From the NCBI GenBank assembly GCA_051382335.1, contig JBBCAX010000333.1, positions 1 to 30,739 of the forward strand: a stretch of DNA of 30,739 nt. The letters run 5' to 3'. Each line of letters opens with the position of its first letter. Position 1 is the first letter of the stretch. Under the pieces are notes generated by a model. It was not told the DNA's origin, did not search any database, and worked only from the letters and a program-made list of their open reading frames with translations. Shown here in pieces: positions 1-9,900 of the stretch. Source of the stretch: Deltaproteobacteria bacterium TL4. GTDB lineage: Bacteria; SAR324; NAC60-12. A program made the position numbers and the translations under genes.

Positions 1-2
1 AC

Positions 3-92
3 AGAAATCTGTTTAACGAACTTTTAAATCGCATGGATTTACCTCTGAGACCCAGAGTCAGAGAAAATTATGCTGTGGCATGGGCAAGCTAG
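3..92 (+). CDS. Possible 3' end of a gene starting upstream of the window (RNLFNELLNRMDLPLRPRVRENYAVAWAS*)
   Basis: Frame is open from the window edge to TAG at 90-92; too short to assign a family. Confidence 0.3.
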   Translation, partial: RNLFNELLNRMDLPLRPRVRENYAVAWAS

Positions 93-296
93 ATTCTAAG
101 GGGGTGGCCGAACTTACGACCAAGCCCCATATGTTTATTATATGCAACTGAATTCATTTAGGTTAAATCCCGAACACCTATGACCTCATACTATACATTT
201 GTAGCTAAAGATCAATGCGTATTTGCTTTCAATTTGTTCCCAAACACCTCTCCCGACCAGACGCGAATTTGGAGTAATAAAATTGTATTTTACTCA

Positions 297-435
297 GGAA
301 TGAGAATTAAATAACTTACCCCTTTGGTTAAAAGCACGGTGACTCTATTTTAACGCAGAGAAATAAAATATAGAATCGCCTCTGCGTTCTCTGCGCCCTC
401 TGCGTTAAAAGGGGAAGTTATTTAATTCTTGTTCC
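297..435. mobile_element. MITE/REP-like palindromic element
   Basis: Imperfect terminal inverted repeats ggaatgagaattaaataacttacccctt (297-324) and aaaggggaagttatttaattcttgttcc (408-435). Inner pair ttttaacgcagag (348-360) / ctctgcgttaaaa (398-410), with ctctgcg units. Confidence 0.65.
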
Positions 436-478
436 CAAGGATCTCCGGATTTGCGTATTTTTATAAAAATATTTTCTA

Positions 479-504
479 TTTTTTAGCGTTTTTAGCGGAC
501 TTTC
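479..504 (+). repeat. 26-nt dispersed repeat, copy 1
   Basis: ttttttagcgtttttagcggactttc, identical to 6784-6809. Confidence 0.85.
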
Positions 505-633
505 ATTTTCAGGCGGGATCGTTACCGCATTTTAAATCAAAATTGCATGGATTTTGTTCGTAATTTGTCATAAATACCTTGTGTGGTGCCCATTTGGAGA
601 TATGATGTGCCCAGAGGAGGACCCCGATGATGA

Positions 634-1068
634 ATGCCTTTACCGAGACAGCCCATGCAACACGAAACCGAATCCCTTTCCCCCAAGCCAGTCAATCCCT
701 CAACCACAACAAGGACTCTCATGGCTCAGCAGCCCGCATCGACGAATCCCGTCGCGAAAGTCGCAACAAAAAAACGAGTGGAAGTCTCAAGCCTGGGACT
801 TAAACTGGGTTCTACGGAAAACGCGCTGGCCAAGATCAAAGAAACGACCTCTGAGCCGCTCCAGGAAATGATTAACGCCATTAATGATTTTGTGAGCTGG
901 CTTTTTGACGCTGGCCGTGCCTTGACAGGCACGAGAGTTCCCCGAAAAACTCCGAAGCAGGGCGCAGAGACTCAGACCTCCAATGATCTTAAAGCGTTCG
1001 GACGTATGTTTTTGTTTACATCCCATGAAGTCGTTAAAAAACGAAAAAATGGTGATAAAAAATCTTAA
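634..1068 (+). CDS. Hypothetical protein upstream of the mamK paralog, carrying the shared C-terminal motif LFTSHEVVKKRK
   Basis: 144-aa ORF with GGAGG at 616-620; C-terminal motif matches the ends of ORFs 2715-4718 and 19186-20454. Start is uncertain. Confidence 0.65.
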   Translation: MPLPRQPMQHETESLSPKPVNPSTTTRTLMAQQPASTNPVAKVATKKRVEVSSLGLKLGSTENALAKIKETTSEPLQEMINAINDFVSWLFDAGRALTGTRVPRKTPKQGAETQTSNDLKAFGRMFLFTSHEVVKKRKNGDKKS

Positions 1069-1095
1069 TAGGAACCCCCTGGCTTGAGAGGCGCA

Positions 1096-2568
1096 ATGAG
1101 TACCAGAACATCAAAAACCCCTAAAAACAGAACCAACTCGTTCCCCCAAAACAAAAAAGAGACGAGAGGAAATTCCAATTCTGTGCGAACAACTTCCGGT
1201 CCTGGTCAAAGGATGGCCGCAAGATCCGCGGAGGGGCATGCCGGCAATACCAAACCAGGTCCCGAGGAGATCCAAAGGAAAGTCGGCCCTACCAAAAAGA
1301 ATCTCGGCGGTGTCAAGAGTCAGGTCAGCACTCCCGCGACCAGTTCGAGCAACTCCAAGCCCGGTACCATTAAAACAGCAAGTGAGGCGATTAAAACAAC
1401 GCGAGAGGCGGTCCGGAATGTCCCCAACGCCATAAAAGCGGCAACAGAAGCGCTGATGTCCGAACGGGAATCGCAAGAAGCGGCACAGGAACAAGAAAAA
1501 TCTACTTCTGCCGCTGCACCTTTTCCTGAAAAACGAGCCGGTGGTCCTAAACTGCTCAGAATAGGCATTGATTTGGGAACCGCGAAAACGGCGTTAATTT
1601 CTGAGAGGGGAATCCGAACACTCATGCCTTCGGTAGTTGGCTATCCCAGAGATATCATCAGTACAAAACTATTAAACGCGAATAAAGCGATTGGTGAGGA
1701 GGCTTTAAAGAATCAATCGCATCTCAACCTTTACTACCCCATCGAACACGGTGTGATCACAGAAAACAGTGAAATTGACATTGAAGCAGCAAAAGATCTG
1801 CTCCAGCATGTCTTGAATCTGGCCCAGCCTGAACCAGGAGATAAATTAGCGGTAGTCATTGGAACACCTTCCGCCGCTTCTTTTTCCGGCAGGGAGGCAC
1901 TCTTGAAGCTGGCAAAAGAAATGACGGATGTAACGCTGGTCGCGTCTCAGCCCTTTTTGGTTGCCTATGGGATGGATCGTTTGAGTCAGACGATTGTGAT
2001 TGATATCGGAGCCGGCACAACGAACATCTGTGCCTTGACAGGTTCCATTCCTCTCCCGGAAGATCAAGTGACCCTCACCAAAGCGGGAGATTCCGTGGAC
2101 ATGGTCTTGAGAACACTGATTTCAGAACACCATTTTGGCATACAGATAACCCAGCAATTTTCAAAAAAAATCAAGGAAAAATTCGGATTTGTCGGTGAAA
2201 CTGAAGAGCCGGCGCTCGTTCCTTTCCGAGAAAATGGAAGGCCAAGAATGATTGATGTCACCAAGGAAGTTAAAGCAGCCTGTGAGACACTGATCACTCC
2301 CATTGTGGAAAATATCCAGGATTTGCTGTTGAGATTTGACCCTGAAGACCAGGGAACAGCACTTCAGAACATCTTCCTCGCAGGCAACAGTGCCAAAATC
2401 AAAGGCTTGGATCAAGCCCTTGCAGAGGCACTTGCGGAATACGGTGAGATTCATATTCGAAGAGTTGAAGATCTGGATTACGCAGGATGCAACGGCGCTT
2501 TGAAAATCGCGACGGAGTTCCCTATTGAGCATTGGAATCAAATTGGTGATGTCATTGGATCCTTGTGA
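1096..2568 (+). CDS. mamK: MamK-like actin homolog with about 150-aa low-complexity N-terminal extension
   Basis: Actin phosphate motifs IGIDLGTAKT and IDIGAGTT, plus SVVGYPRDII; colinear with 20480-21511 through to HWNQIGDVIG. ATG 1096 follows GAGG (ORF track starts at TTG 1084). Confidence 0.9.
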   Translation: MSTRTSKTPKNRTNSFPQNKKETRGNSNSVRTTSGPGQRMAARSAEGHAGNTKPGPEEIQRKVGPTKKNLGGVKSQVSTPATSSSNSKPGTIKTASEAIKTTREAVRNVPNAIKAATEALMSERESQEAAQEQEKSTSAAAPFPEKRAGGPKLLRIGIDLGTAKTALISERGIRTLMPSVVGYPRDIISTKLLNANKAIGEEALKNQSHLNLYYPIEHGVITENSEIDIEAAKDLLQHVLNLAQPEPGDKLAVVIGTPSAASFSGREALLKLAKEMTDVTLVASQPFLVAYGMDRLSQTIVIDIGAGTTNICALTGSIPLPEDQVTLTKAGDSVDMVLRTLISEHHFGIQITQQFSKKIKEKFGFVGETEEPALVPFRENGRPRMIDVTKEVKAACETLITPIVENIQDLLLRFDPEDQGTALQNIFLAGNSAKIKGLDQALAEALAEYGEIHIRRVEDLDYAGCNGALKIATEFPIEHWNQIGDVIGSL

Positions 2569-2635
2569 GTTGTGAGTTTCCACCCCGATACTGAAAAAAA
2601 TTTCATCTAACCTTGACCAACAATAATAAACAACT

Positions 2636-2665
2636 GGCAGTCTGGGATGGCGTTCCCAGACTGCC
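2636..2665. repeat. Perfect 12-bp stem-loop between the mamK paralog and the next gene
   Basis: ggcagtctggga-tggcgt-tcccagactgcc; no U-tract, so it may be an mRNA-stabilising or REP-like hairpin rather than a terminator. Confidence 0.6.
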
Positions 2666-2714
2666 CTCAATTCCTTACTGATACCCTACCAAGACTTAGA
2701 CTAAGCAGGACAAA

Positions 2715-4718
2715 ATGGATAATGAACTTCAACCTGAATCAGGTACGACTTTAGAAGAACTACAGGCAATGCTCCAACAATTACAGCTCACCTTTAATAG
2801 TGAAAAAGAAAATTTGGAGGACATCCAGAAAAAATACCAGGAGGCTCAGTTGGAGCTTCAATACATGCAACAGGAACGGGATCAACTTAAAGCCGAAATC
2901 GCCCCGGAAGCCTCTTGGGAGGGACCTGAGGCGTTGATAAACAACGCTGAGGCCACCGCAGCAGATACAACCGAAGAAAATCAAGAGCTTTCAGTTCAAG
3001 CGGAAGCAACTGTGGCAGAGGCGGAAGAACCCACACCAGAAAACCAACCTGAAGCCGTGCCTGCTCCTGAAGCCGAAGAGCCAGAGCCTGCCGGAGAAGC
3101 GTCTCAAACTGAAAACGCTTTAAATGGCATCATAGCCCGGATCGAAAATCTGGAAACCTTGGATGAAACTGAAAAAAATAAAACAGAAGCCCTGCGGCAA
3201 AAACTGGATCATGCGCCACCTCAGCCTGTTCAGCAGTTGAAAGAGGAACTTGAGGCTGAAAAAAAGAAAGTCGTAACGATTCAGCACAAACTGGACAGCG
3301 TGCAGAGCCAACTCCTTGCCCTTCATTCCTTGAAGGAGGAATTTACCGCTAAACAGCGAATCCTTGAAGACTTCCTTCAAAAAAATGAAAACACCGCCAG
3401 TCAACTCCTTGCCCTTCAGCATCTCAAAGAGGAGTTTTTAATGGAAAGAAAAGAGATAGTGGCACTGCAACAAAAGTTTGAAAACATGGACACACAACTC
3501 CTGGCGCTTCAGTACTTGAAAGAGGAATTCTCCGCTGAAACTAAAAAAATGGTCGCCCTTCAACAAAAGTTTAAAAATCTGGAGACTCAGCTCCTGGCGC
3601 TTCAGTACCTGAAAAATGAATTTACCTCCGAAACTCAAAAAATGGTGCTGCTCCAGCAAAAACAGGACAGCATTGACCCGATGATTTTGGAAATCAAACA
3701 CCTTAAAGAGTTAATAATTTCTGATAAAAAAAAAGTGGAGGTGCTTTATGAAAAAAACGAGGATCACTCCGCTGAAATGTTGGCACTGCAACAGAAATAT
3801 AGCCGATTGATGGCCGGACTCCTGGAACTGAAGCAGGAAAGTGACAAAGCTGAGGAAAGAAGAAGTCAACAGGCAGAAACTCGGTCTATCATTACCACTC
3901 AAGCGATAGAAGAGAACGAGCCTCAAAGAACAGCAGCCCCCCGCCCTCATGAAAAAGAGGAACCAAAAACGGGGGGACTCCCGTTTACGGCCCTTAAGGA
4001 AGAACACTTAACCCCTGAGCAGGAAAATAAACTCAAAAGAGCCGCTTCTATCTCCCTTGGAAATATCATAGGCAGTCTTTCTGCGACCAGACATCGCAAG
4101 GAGGACGATGATAACGATAACAACGATACCGAGGATCATGACGGTGATAACCATGTATTCGGTGGTTTTTTTAAAAAACGAAAAGGACATGAATCCCTTT
4201 TAGAAATCCTGGAGGCAGAATTTTCCCCATCCGAACCCCTGCATGGCCATCCGAAAGCCCCCTCTTTAGTGAAAATTCAAACGGCAATCCCGGACTCCGT
4301 CTCGCAGAACAACACGCTGGAAATTCAACCGGTCGCCCCAGATTCCGTCCAGGATAATGACGCAAATCCCGATGTTTCCCCGGAACAGAACACGGAATTA
4401 CCAGTCGCGGACAATCTCCTGGAGACACAAGGAAAAGAGCTTCCACAAAAAGAAGAAACGAACAACCCCCAGGTGAAAGAACCGACTCCTGTTTCTGACC
4501 TCAATCCCTCCGTGGAAATTCAAAAGTCGGAGGAGTGGCTCAAATCAGAAAAAACTGAACCGAACGTGAGTGAGACTTCTGAACCCCGGAAAGCAACCCC
4601 TTCCATTCCCAAAGAATGGTCTGACTCCATGAGTGCCAAAGCGTCAGAGGTTCGGAACTATACCTCAAAACTTTTTACGTCCTACGAGGTCAGAAAAAAG
4701 CCGAAGCGCTCCAAATGA
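2715..4718 (+). CDS. Coiled-coil, acidic repeat protein; partial paralog of 19186-20454 and candidate MamK-associated scaffold
   Basis: 667 aa with AGGA SD; E/Q/K/L-rich coils, 31-aa repeats, acidic Pro-rich linkers, C-terminus LFTSYEVRKKPKRSK. Confidence 0.85.
   Translation: MDNELQPESGTTLEELQAMLQQLQLTFNSEKENLEDIQKKYQEAQLELQYMQQERDQLKAEIAPEASWEGPEALINNAEATAADTTEENQELSVQAEATVAEAEEPTPENQPEAVPAPEAEEPEPAGEASQTENALNGIIARIENLETLDETEKNKTEALRQKLDHAPPQPVQQLKEELEAEKKKVVTIQHKLDSVQSQLLALHSLKEEFTAKQRILEDFLQKNENTASQLLALQHLKEEFLMERKEIVALQQKFENMDTQLLALQYLKEEFSAETKKMVALQQKFKNLETQLLALQYLKNEFTSETQKMVLLQQKQDSIDPMILEIKHLKELIISDKKKVEVLYEKNEDHSAEMLALQQKYSRLMAGLLELKQESDKAEERRSQQAETRSIITTQAIEENEPQRTAAPRPHEKEEPKTGGLPFTALKEEHLTPEQENKLKRAASISLGNIIGSLSATRHRKEDDDNDNNDTEDHDGDNHVFGGFFKKRKGHESLLEILEAEFSPSEPLHGHPKAPSLVKIQTAIPDSVSQNNTLEIQPVAPDSVQDNDANPDVSPEQNTELPVADNLLETQGKELPQKEETNNPQVKEPTPVSDLNPSVEIQKSEEWLKSEKTEPNVSETSEPRKATPSIPKEWSDSMSAKASEVRNYTSKLFTSYEVRKKPKRSK
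3234..3795 (+). repeat. Intragenic 93-nt (31-aa) tandem repeat, about 6 degenerate units
   Basis: QLLAL..LK[EN]EF units start at 3309, 3402, 3495 and 3588, an exact 93-nt period. Confidence 0.85.
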
Positions 4719-4725
4719 TTGTTTC

Positions 4726-4760
4726 GCTGAGTTCTGAGATTCCATGCTCAGCTTTTTTTT
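4726..4760 (+). terminator. Putative intrinsic terminator
   Basis: gctgag...ctcagc stem followed by T8, just after the stop at 4718; loop is long. Confidence 0.45.
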
Positions 4761-4842
4761 CAATTCACGCTGGACACTATTTTTGAAATCAGATAGAAAC
4801 CCATGTGAAGTACCATAAAACTAAACGAAATCAGGAGGAATT

Positions 4843-5049
4843 ATGCCAATTGGAGAGATAGAAACAGCTGGAACGGGTATTCAGATCATAACCAAAGGAG
4901 TCGCCGTCGCTAAAGGTGCTGGAATTTTCACAGGACTCGGTGTTGGGATTGGGACCCTTGGGCCTTACATTTTGGTGGTTCTCTTGGTGATCGGTGCCGT
5001 TTTGTGGTACATCAATGATAGCAAAGCAGAAGCAACACTTTCCCAATAA
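4843..5049 (+). CDS. mms6: Mms6-like small Gly-rich magnetosome membrane protein (Mms6/MamG/MamD type), copy A
   Basis: AGGAGG SD; GAGIFTGLGVGIGTLGP followed by a TM helix; sits just upstream of mmsF; paralog of 15732-16007. Confidence 0.6.
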   Translation: MPIGEIETAGTGIQIITKGVAVAKGAGIFTGLGVGIGTLGPYILVVLLVIGAVLWYINDSKAEATLSQ

Positions 5050-5161
5050 CTTAAAATTATTTCACGACACTGCCTCAAAAGGTGAGTTCTCCGGTCTTTT
5101 TTAGCTTTTTTTGTGGACTGGGTAGTCACAATTATTTCAACTAAGAAAGGATCAGCGTGTT

Positions 5162-5485
5162 ATGGAAGCAAAGCATGTTTTAGAGAGTGAGTTCTCTATG
5201 AAAACCTACATTTTGGCAATCATGAGTTACCTTGGAATCCTCTGCTTGATTCCCGTTTTATTGAATGAAAAAGATGAGTATGTTTATTTTCATGCCAGAC
5301 AGGGTTTGGCCTTATGGATCTGGAATGTAATTGCTTTTTTTGCGCTTTATATTCCTGGAATTGGACAATTTTTCTTTGGTGTGTCTACATTTCTAATCAT
5401 CATTTTTTCACTGATCGGTTTGATTTCCGTGATATTGACCAAAGCCTGGAAGCTTCCGTTGGTTGGAAATATTGCTGGTGTTTAA
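5162..5485 (+). CDS. mmsF: MmsF/MamF-family magnetosome membrane protein, copy A
   Basis: SYLGILCLIP, DEYVYFHARQGLALWIW and AWKLPLV motifs; three hydrophobic segments. Confidence 0.85.
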   Translation: MEAKHVLESEFSMKTYILAIMSYLGILCLIPVLLNEKDEYVYFHARQGLALWIWNVIAFFALYIPGIGQFFFGVSTFLIIIFSLIGLISVILTKAWKLPLVGNIAGV

Positions 5486-5598
5486 AAATCGTCAGTTCTC
5501 GGCCATCAGTTCTTAGCCTTTTAAGGGAGCTCTCTTTTGCTCCCCAAGACCTCGTTTTGGTGAGTGACGCCTTGTGGTTGACTCACAAGCCCATTCTG

Positions 5599-6000
5599 TT
5601 ATTGTGCCGGTTTTTGATCAGAACTTGGCCTGATTGCCAGCCGTGACAAATCAATGATGGACTGAGTTTTTAAAAGAAAATCAAAACCAAGAATTCCTTG
5701 AATTCCTAAACCATAATCTACTGCGCCAATTTCAATTGGGAAGTTTTCAACTCTCATTGTTCCTAATGCAATTTGATCAATCATTTTCTCTACCACAAAT
5801 TCCGATCCTCCTACCCCACTGATGGTATGGATTTCATCTTCGGGCTCAGGTAATAAATCGATTTTTGCTAACTCATCTATATCAAATATTGTTCCAGCAG
5901 AGCCTGTATCAACTAAAATCTGTTTTAGGGTAATTGTCTTATTTCGATGGATTAGATTCACTGCTATAAATGGCAAGCCCTCATCAATTTTGATTTTCAT
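5599..6000 (-). CDS. Retropepsin-like (clan AA) aspartyl protease
   Basis: ILVDTGS catalytic motif, ISGVGG flap, GILGFDFL C-terminal motif. Confidence 0.85.
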   Translation of the reverse strand: MKIKIDEGLPFIAVNLIHRNKTITLKQILVDTGSAGTIFDIDELAKIDLLPEPEDEIHTISGVGGSEFVVEKMIDQIALGTMRVENFPIEIGAVDYGLGIQGILGFDFLLKTQSIIDLSRLAIRPSSDQKPAQ

Positions 6001-6257
6001 CTATTCCCTCTCACGCCTAACCATCGACGTTCTAAAATGTTTAAATATTCTCGACAAGTATGTAGAACATAGAGTTCTCTTTGAGGAGACTTATGATGAA
6101 TCTCTTTATAACTTCGCATAGCACTCAAGGAGTCAGAAAATAGATCCAATATTGAAAGTTGATCCAAAACACGTTTCCCAGATTCTGAATGTGCTTGGAC
6201 GGCCTCAACTAAAACCCATTGGTTCGGATAACGCTGACGAACAGTTTCCCAATTCAT
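5997..6257 (-). CDS. Small conserved hypothetical protein (DUF5678-like) coupled to the aspartyl protease
   Basis: MNWETVRQRYPNQWVLVE N-terminus; GAGG SD; 4-nt overlap with the protease gene. Confidence 0.7.
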   Translation of the reverse strand: MNWETVRQRYPNQWVLVEAVQAHSESGKRVLDQLSILDLFSDSLSAMRSYKEIHHKSPQRELYVLHTCREYLNILERRWLGVRGNR

Positions 6258-6275
6258 AGGAACCTCTTTAATAAC

Positions 6276-6328
6276 TCATCAGTGATGAGATCTCTATATA
6301 ATGGCTCACGGATTACACGGTTTTTGTA
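6276..6328 (+). repeat. Left copy of an imperfect long inverted repeat
   Basis: tcatcagtgatga...ggctcacggattacacgg matches the reverse complement of 10629-10691. Confidence 0.6.
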
Positions 6329-6548
6329 GTGTGAAATTATGATTTTATCCATCATTTTTCCTTCGATTTAGTATGACTTGAGAGTTATTACCCCTTTGTT
6401 TAAATATAACTTAAACAGCCTTGATCAACAAGTAAATTAGGAATCAAGAATGTACTTAATTGTTTTGTCCTTAGGCTGTATAATTTGGCTAGATTAGGGA
6501 GATCCTGATTCCTAGGAGGTTGTCCGAGAATAGAAGTTGAGCCTAAGC

Positions 6549-6622
6549 AGGGTGCCACTTAAGCGAAGCAAGCGCACCAGCCACAGATTGTTCGGTGTGC
6601 TCGCTTCGCTTAAGCGCACCCT
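6549..6622. repeat. REP-like long hairpin
   Basis: agggtgccacttaagcgaagcaagcgcacc pairs with ggtgtgctcgcttcgcttaagcgcaccct. Confidence 0.75.
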
Positions 6623-6783
6623 CCATGAAGTGTTCCGCCTTAAGTAGGTAGCCGCTAAATAAAGACATGCTTAATTTTAACCTATTGTTTTCAAAGCCTT
6701 ATTTCTAGAGGAATCAGATTCCTCAAAAATGTTCAAAGTCCAGTAAATTGCTACAAAAAATGTTTGCGCTATGAGAGTCCGTG

Positions 6784-6809
6784 TTTTTTAGCGTTTTTAG
6801 CGGACTTTC
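6784..6809 (+). repeat. 26-nt dispersed repeat, copy 2
   Basis: Identical to 479-504. Confidence 0.85.
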
Positions 6810-6971
6810 TCTTTTAAGCTGAGTCCTTCCAGGAACACAAAAAAAACAGGAGCAGACTTGTCAATCAAGAGATTATTTGTCAAAAATAGAATGAGCGTAA
6901 ATAATTAACAAAAATCACTGACACCCCTTCTATACCAAACAGCTTTTTTACTCCCTTATTGGAGTTCCTCA

Positions 6972-9900
6972 ATGAAACGACAAATCCGGCACCAATGGCT
7001 TGTGCTGCTATTAGCGTTACTGACCGCATCCCTGGCTTTTGGGGCTGAGCCGAATAACCACTACATTGTCCTGATCAACGGGACAGGATCCATGATCAGA
7101 GGTGTTTCCTATGATACACAGGGAGGTACGATTGTACGGGAGCTTTTGCCGCGAAAATTGGTTTACGCTTTGAGGAAAGCCCGTATCATCGCTCTGGAGA
7201 AAGAAAGTCTCACCCAGATTTTGAGCCTTGACGAGAATAAAGAGTCCTTGATTCCCGCATTTGAGGATGGGGATTATGTGGAAATTCTCAACTTTGGCTG
7301 GCTGGCTCAACCCGGCGCGACTTTTTCGGTCAAAGATTACATCAGCAACCAGTGGAGTGCTTGTGATAAACAAAGCGTCCTCAACAAGTTGAACGAAATC
7401 CAAAGTCAGAATCCCTCCGAAGGGATGGATTCCGAACTGTCCTACAACTCAGATTATGGATTCAGCACGTTGGCGGTGCCTGCCGCAATCTCAACAAAAC
7501 ATACCCGGCAACCGAGCGGTTGTAAAGTTCCTGAGGGGCGGGTTTTCGTATTCATGATTACCGACTATGACTATAATACCTCCGACCGTAACTCCGAATT
7601 GGCTTCATTCCAAAAACAATACAACATGAGTGGCGCCTTTGAAATCATGGGCCAGTTCAATCGCTATTACCAAAACCCTGTCACCTGGTATCACCAGGAT
7701 AAGGATGACCAGTATCCAGAGGAGTCCTCGCTGGTAAAAACGCATTTGGAAGAACGCATCACCCGAACCAACAGATCCCAAAAACTTAAAGAAGTAGTCA
7801 GTTATTTAATCCTCGTAGGTTATGAGCTGATTCCTAATGTGATTGCCGACTTTGAAAAACAACTCCAATGGCATAAAACATCGAATCCCACACAGCTTGT
7901 AGTCCATCAGACCGAAAAGCAACTCGTGATGCTGGAACCCTTCAGTTTTCCGCTCATCTCCAGCAGTCTTTATTGTCACAAGAATAAATGCCAGAAATTT
8001 CAACTTTTTTCCCCTGATTTCACGACAACGCCCAAACCCTCAATCATCGAAATTCCTTCTGCCGCCCATTCTTCTTTTGACCTGGTTTGGGAACCTTCAG
8101 AAGATCCCAACTGGAAAATCCCGGATCAATTGACGGTTGAAATTAAAATTGAAAGTGAAGATCCTCTGCATGGAAAGCTTGTCCGGGTTTACTCCAAAAC
8201 GTATCCAAAACTGAATATTGTCAAACCAGAGATTTCCCGCGCCGAAGACGGCACAGCGCTGGAGGGCCCACTCACAGTCAAGGTTCCCTCTCCAAGTGAT
8301 GCGGACGCAACTTCGGATTTCTTTCAAAATGAAGCCACCTCGGAAGAGAGATCAACCCCCGCGACTTACCGCGATGGGGATGCAACCTCACCCCTCGCAA
8401 CCTATGAAGAAACACAAAGGACGGCTTCCGCAGCAAAAGCGTCTCAAGCCGAGAAAACTTCTGCCTTCGATCATTTAATCCGCATTCTTGGTTTGATTTG
8501 TGCTCTTCTCGCCTTCTGGTATTGGCGAAAATATAAAAAGGAACGGGAAAGGCTCCAGCAAGCCCCTGCCAAAAAAGAAACAACGCCTGTCCTTCAAAAA
8601 GATCCAAAACTGGAACAGCAAGCTCAGCAAATCAATGAATTAAATCTCAAAGCAGAAGTCCTGAAAAAACAATACCAACAGGAAATCGAAAAACTCAAAA
8701 CCGAAACGCTGTCCAAAGAGCAGTTGGTTGAAAAACAAGCTCAGCAGATCAAAGACTTGAACAACACTAAAGCCTTGTTGGAACAGCAGCATCTAAAGCA
8801 ATTGGATGAACTCAAAACCGAAACGCTGTCCAAAGAGCAGTTGGTTGAAAAACAAGCTCAGCAGATCAAAGACTTGAACAACACTAAAGCCTTGTTGGAA
8901 CAGCAGCACCAAAAGGAGTTTCAAACGTTGATTGAGAAAGACAATCAATTGAAAGAACTCCGGGAGAGTCCAGAGAAAAAGAAACAACAGATTGATGAAA
9001 TTCGTGATCAGCACCAATGGACTGAAACTCCATCCGTCAATGTCGGGGCTGTCATAGAACCCCTAAAAGTTGAAGACACGCTCACTGGGGAAACTGAAGC
9101 CGCTGAGGATCAAAGTAAAACTTCCGAGAAAATAGAACTCACAACAGACGAAAATGAACTCGCAACAGACGAAACGGAGAGGGTTGGGGAAGTTAGAAAA
9201 GTAGAAACGGAGCAGGTTGAGATGGTCGAGAAAATCATGGAAGAAGCAACTGAGGAACCCACAGATAACGTTGGGGAAACCATGGAGGAAAAAACTCAGG
9301 AGAAAGTTCCGGAAGAAGAACCCTCCGAAGGAAAAGAAGTCGTGGAGACCCCGGAAGCAACAACTGAAATAGAAACGTCGGAACGCATCCCTGAAGAGGA
9401 AAAAACCGACCAGTTATTAGGCGAAACGCAGAAAACCCCAGACGCAACCGATGTAACGGACTCGACAACTGAGACTGATCTTACTGAAGAGTTTCAGGAA
9501 GAAGACACGGCTGAGGTACGGGATGAAACTGAAGACCTGAAGGAACAGGAAACAGCTAACGTACTGGATGAAGCGAAAGAAAAAGAAATGACTGACGAAG
9601 AGGTCGAAGACCTGAAGGAACAGGAAACGACTAATGTACTGGATGAAGCGAAAGAAAAAGACATAACTGACGTGCTGGATGTTTCAAAAAAAGAGGCAAC
9701 GGCTAGCGTACAGGAAGAAGTTGAAGACCTGAAGGAACATGAACTGACTAATGTCCTGGATGAAGCGAAAGAAGAAGAAACGGCCGAAGACCTGAAAGAA
9801 GAAATGGTCGAAGACCTGAAGGCAGAAGAAACAGCGAACGTCCTGGATGAAGCGAAAGAGGCAGAAATGACTGAAGTACTGGATGAAACGAAAGATCTGA

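Noticed and set aside
554..871. Cys-rich 105-aa ORF, and a 58-codon ORF from ATG 627, both overlapping 634-1068
   Set aside because: Only the 634-1068 frame carries the shared C-terminal motif and runs up to mamK; a 5' frameshift cannot be fully excluded
3234..3795. Regularly spaced repeats as a possible CRISPR array
   Set aside because: In-frame, degenerate 93-nt coding repeats with no unique spacers and no cas genes
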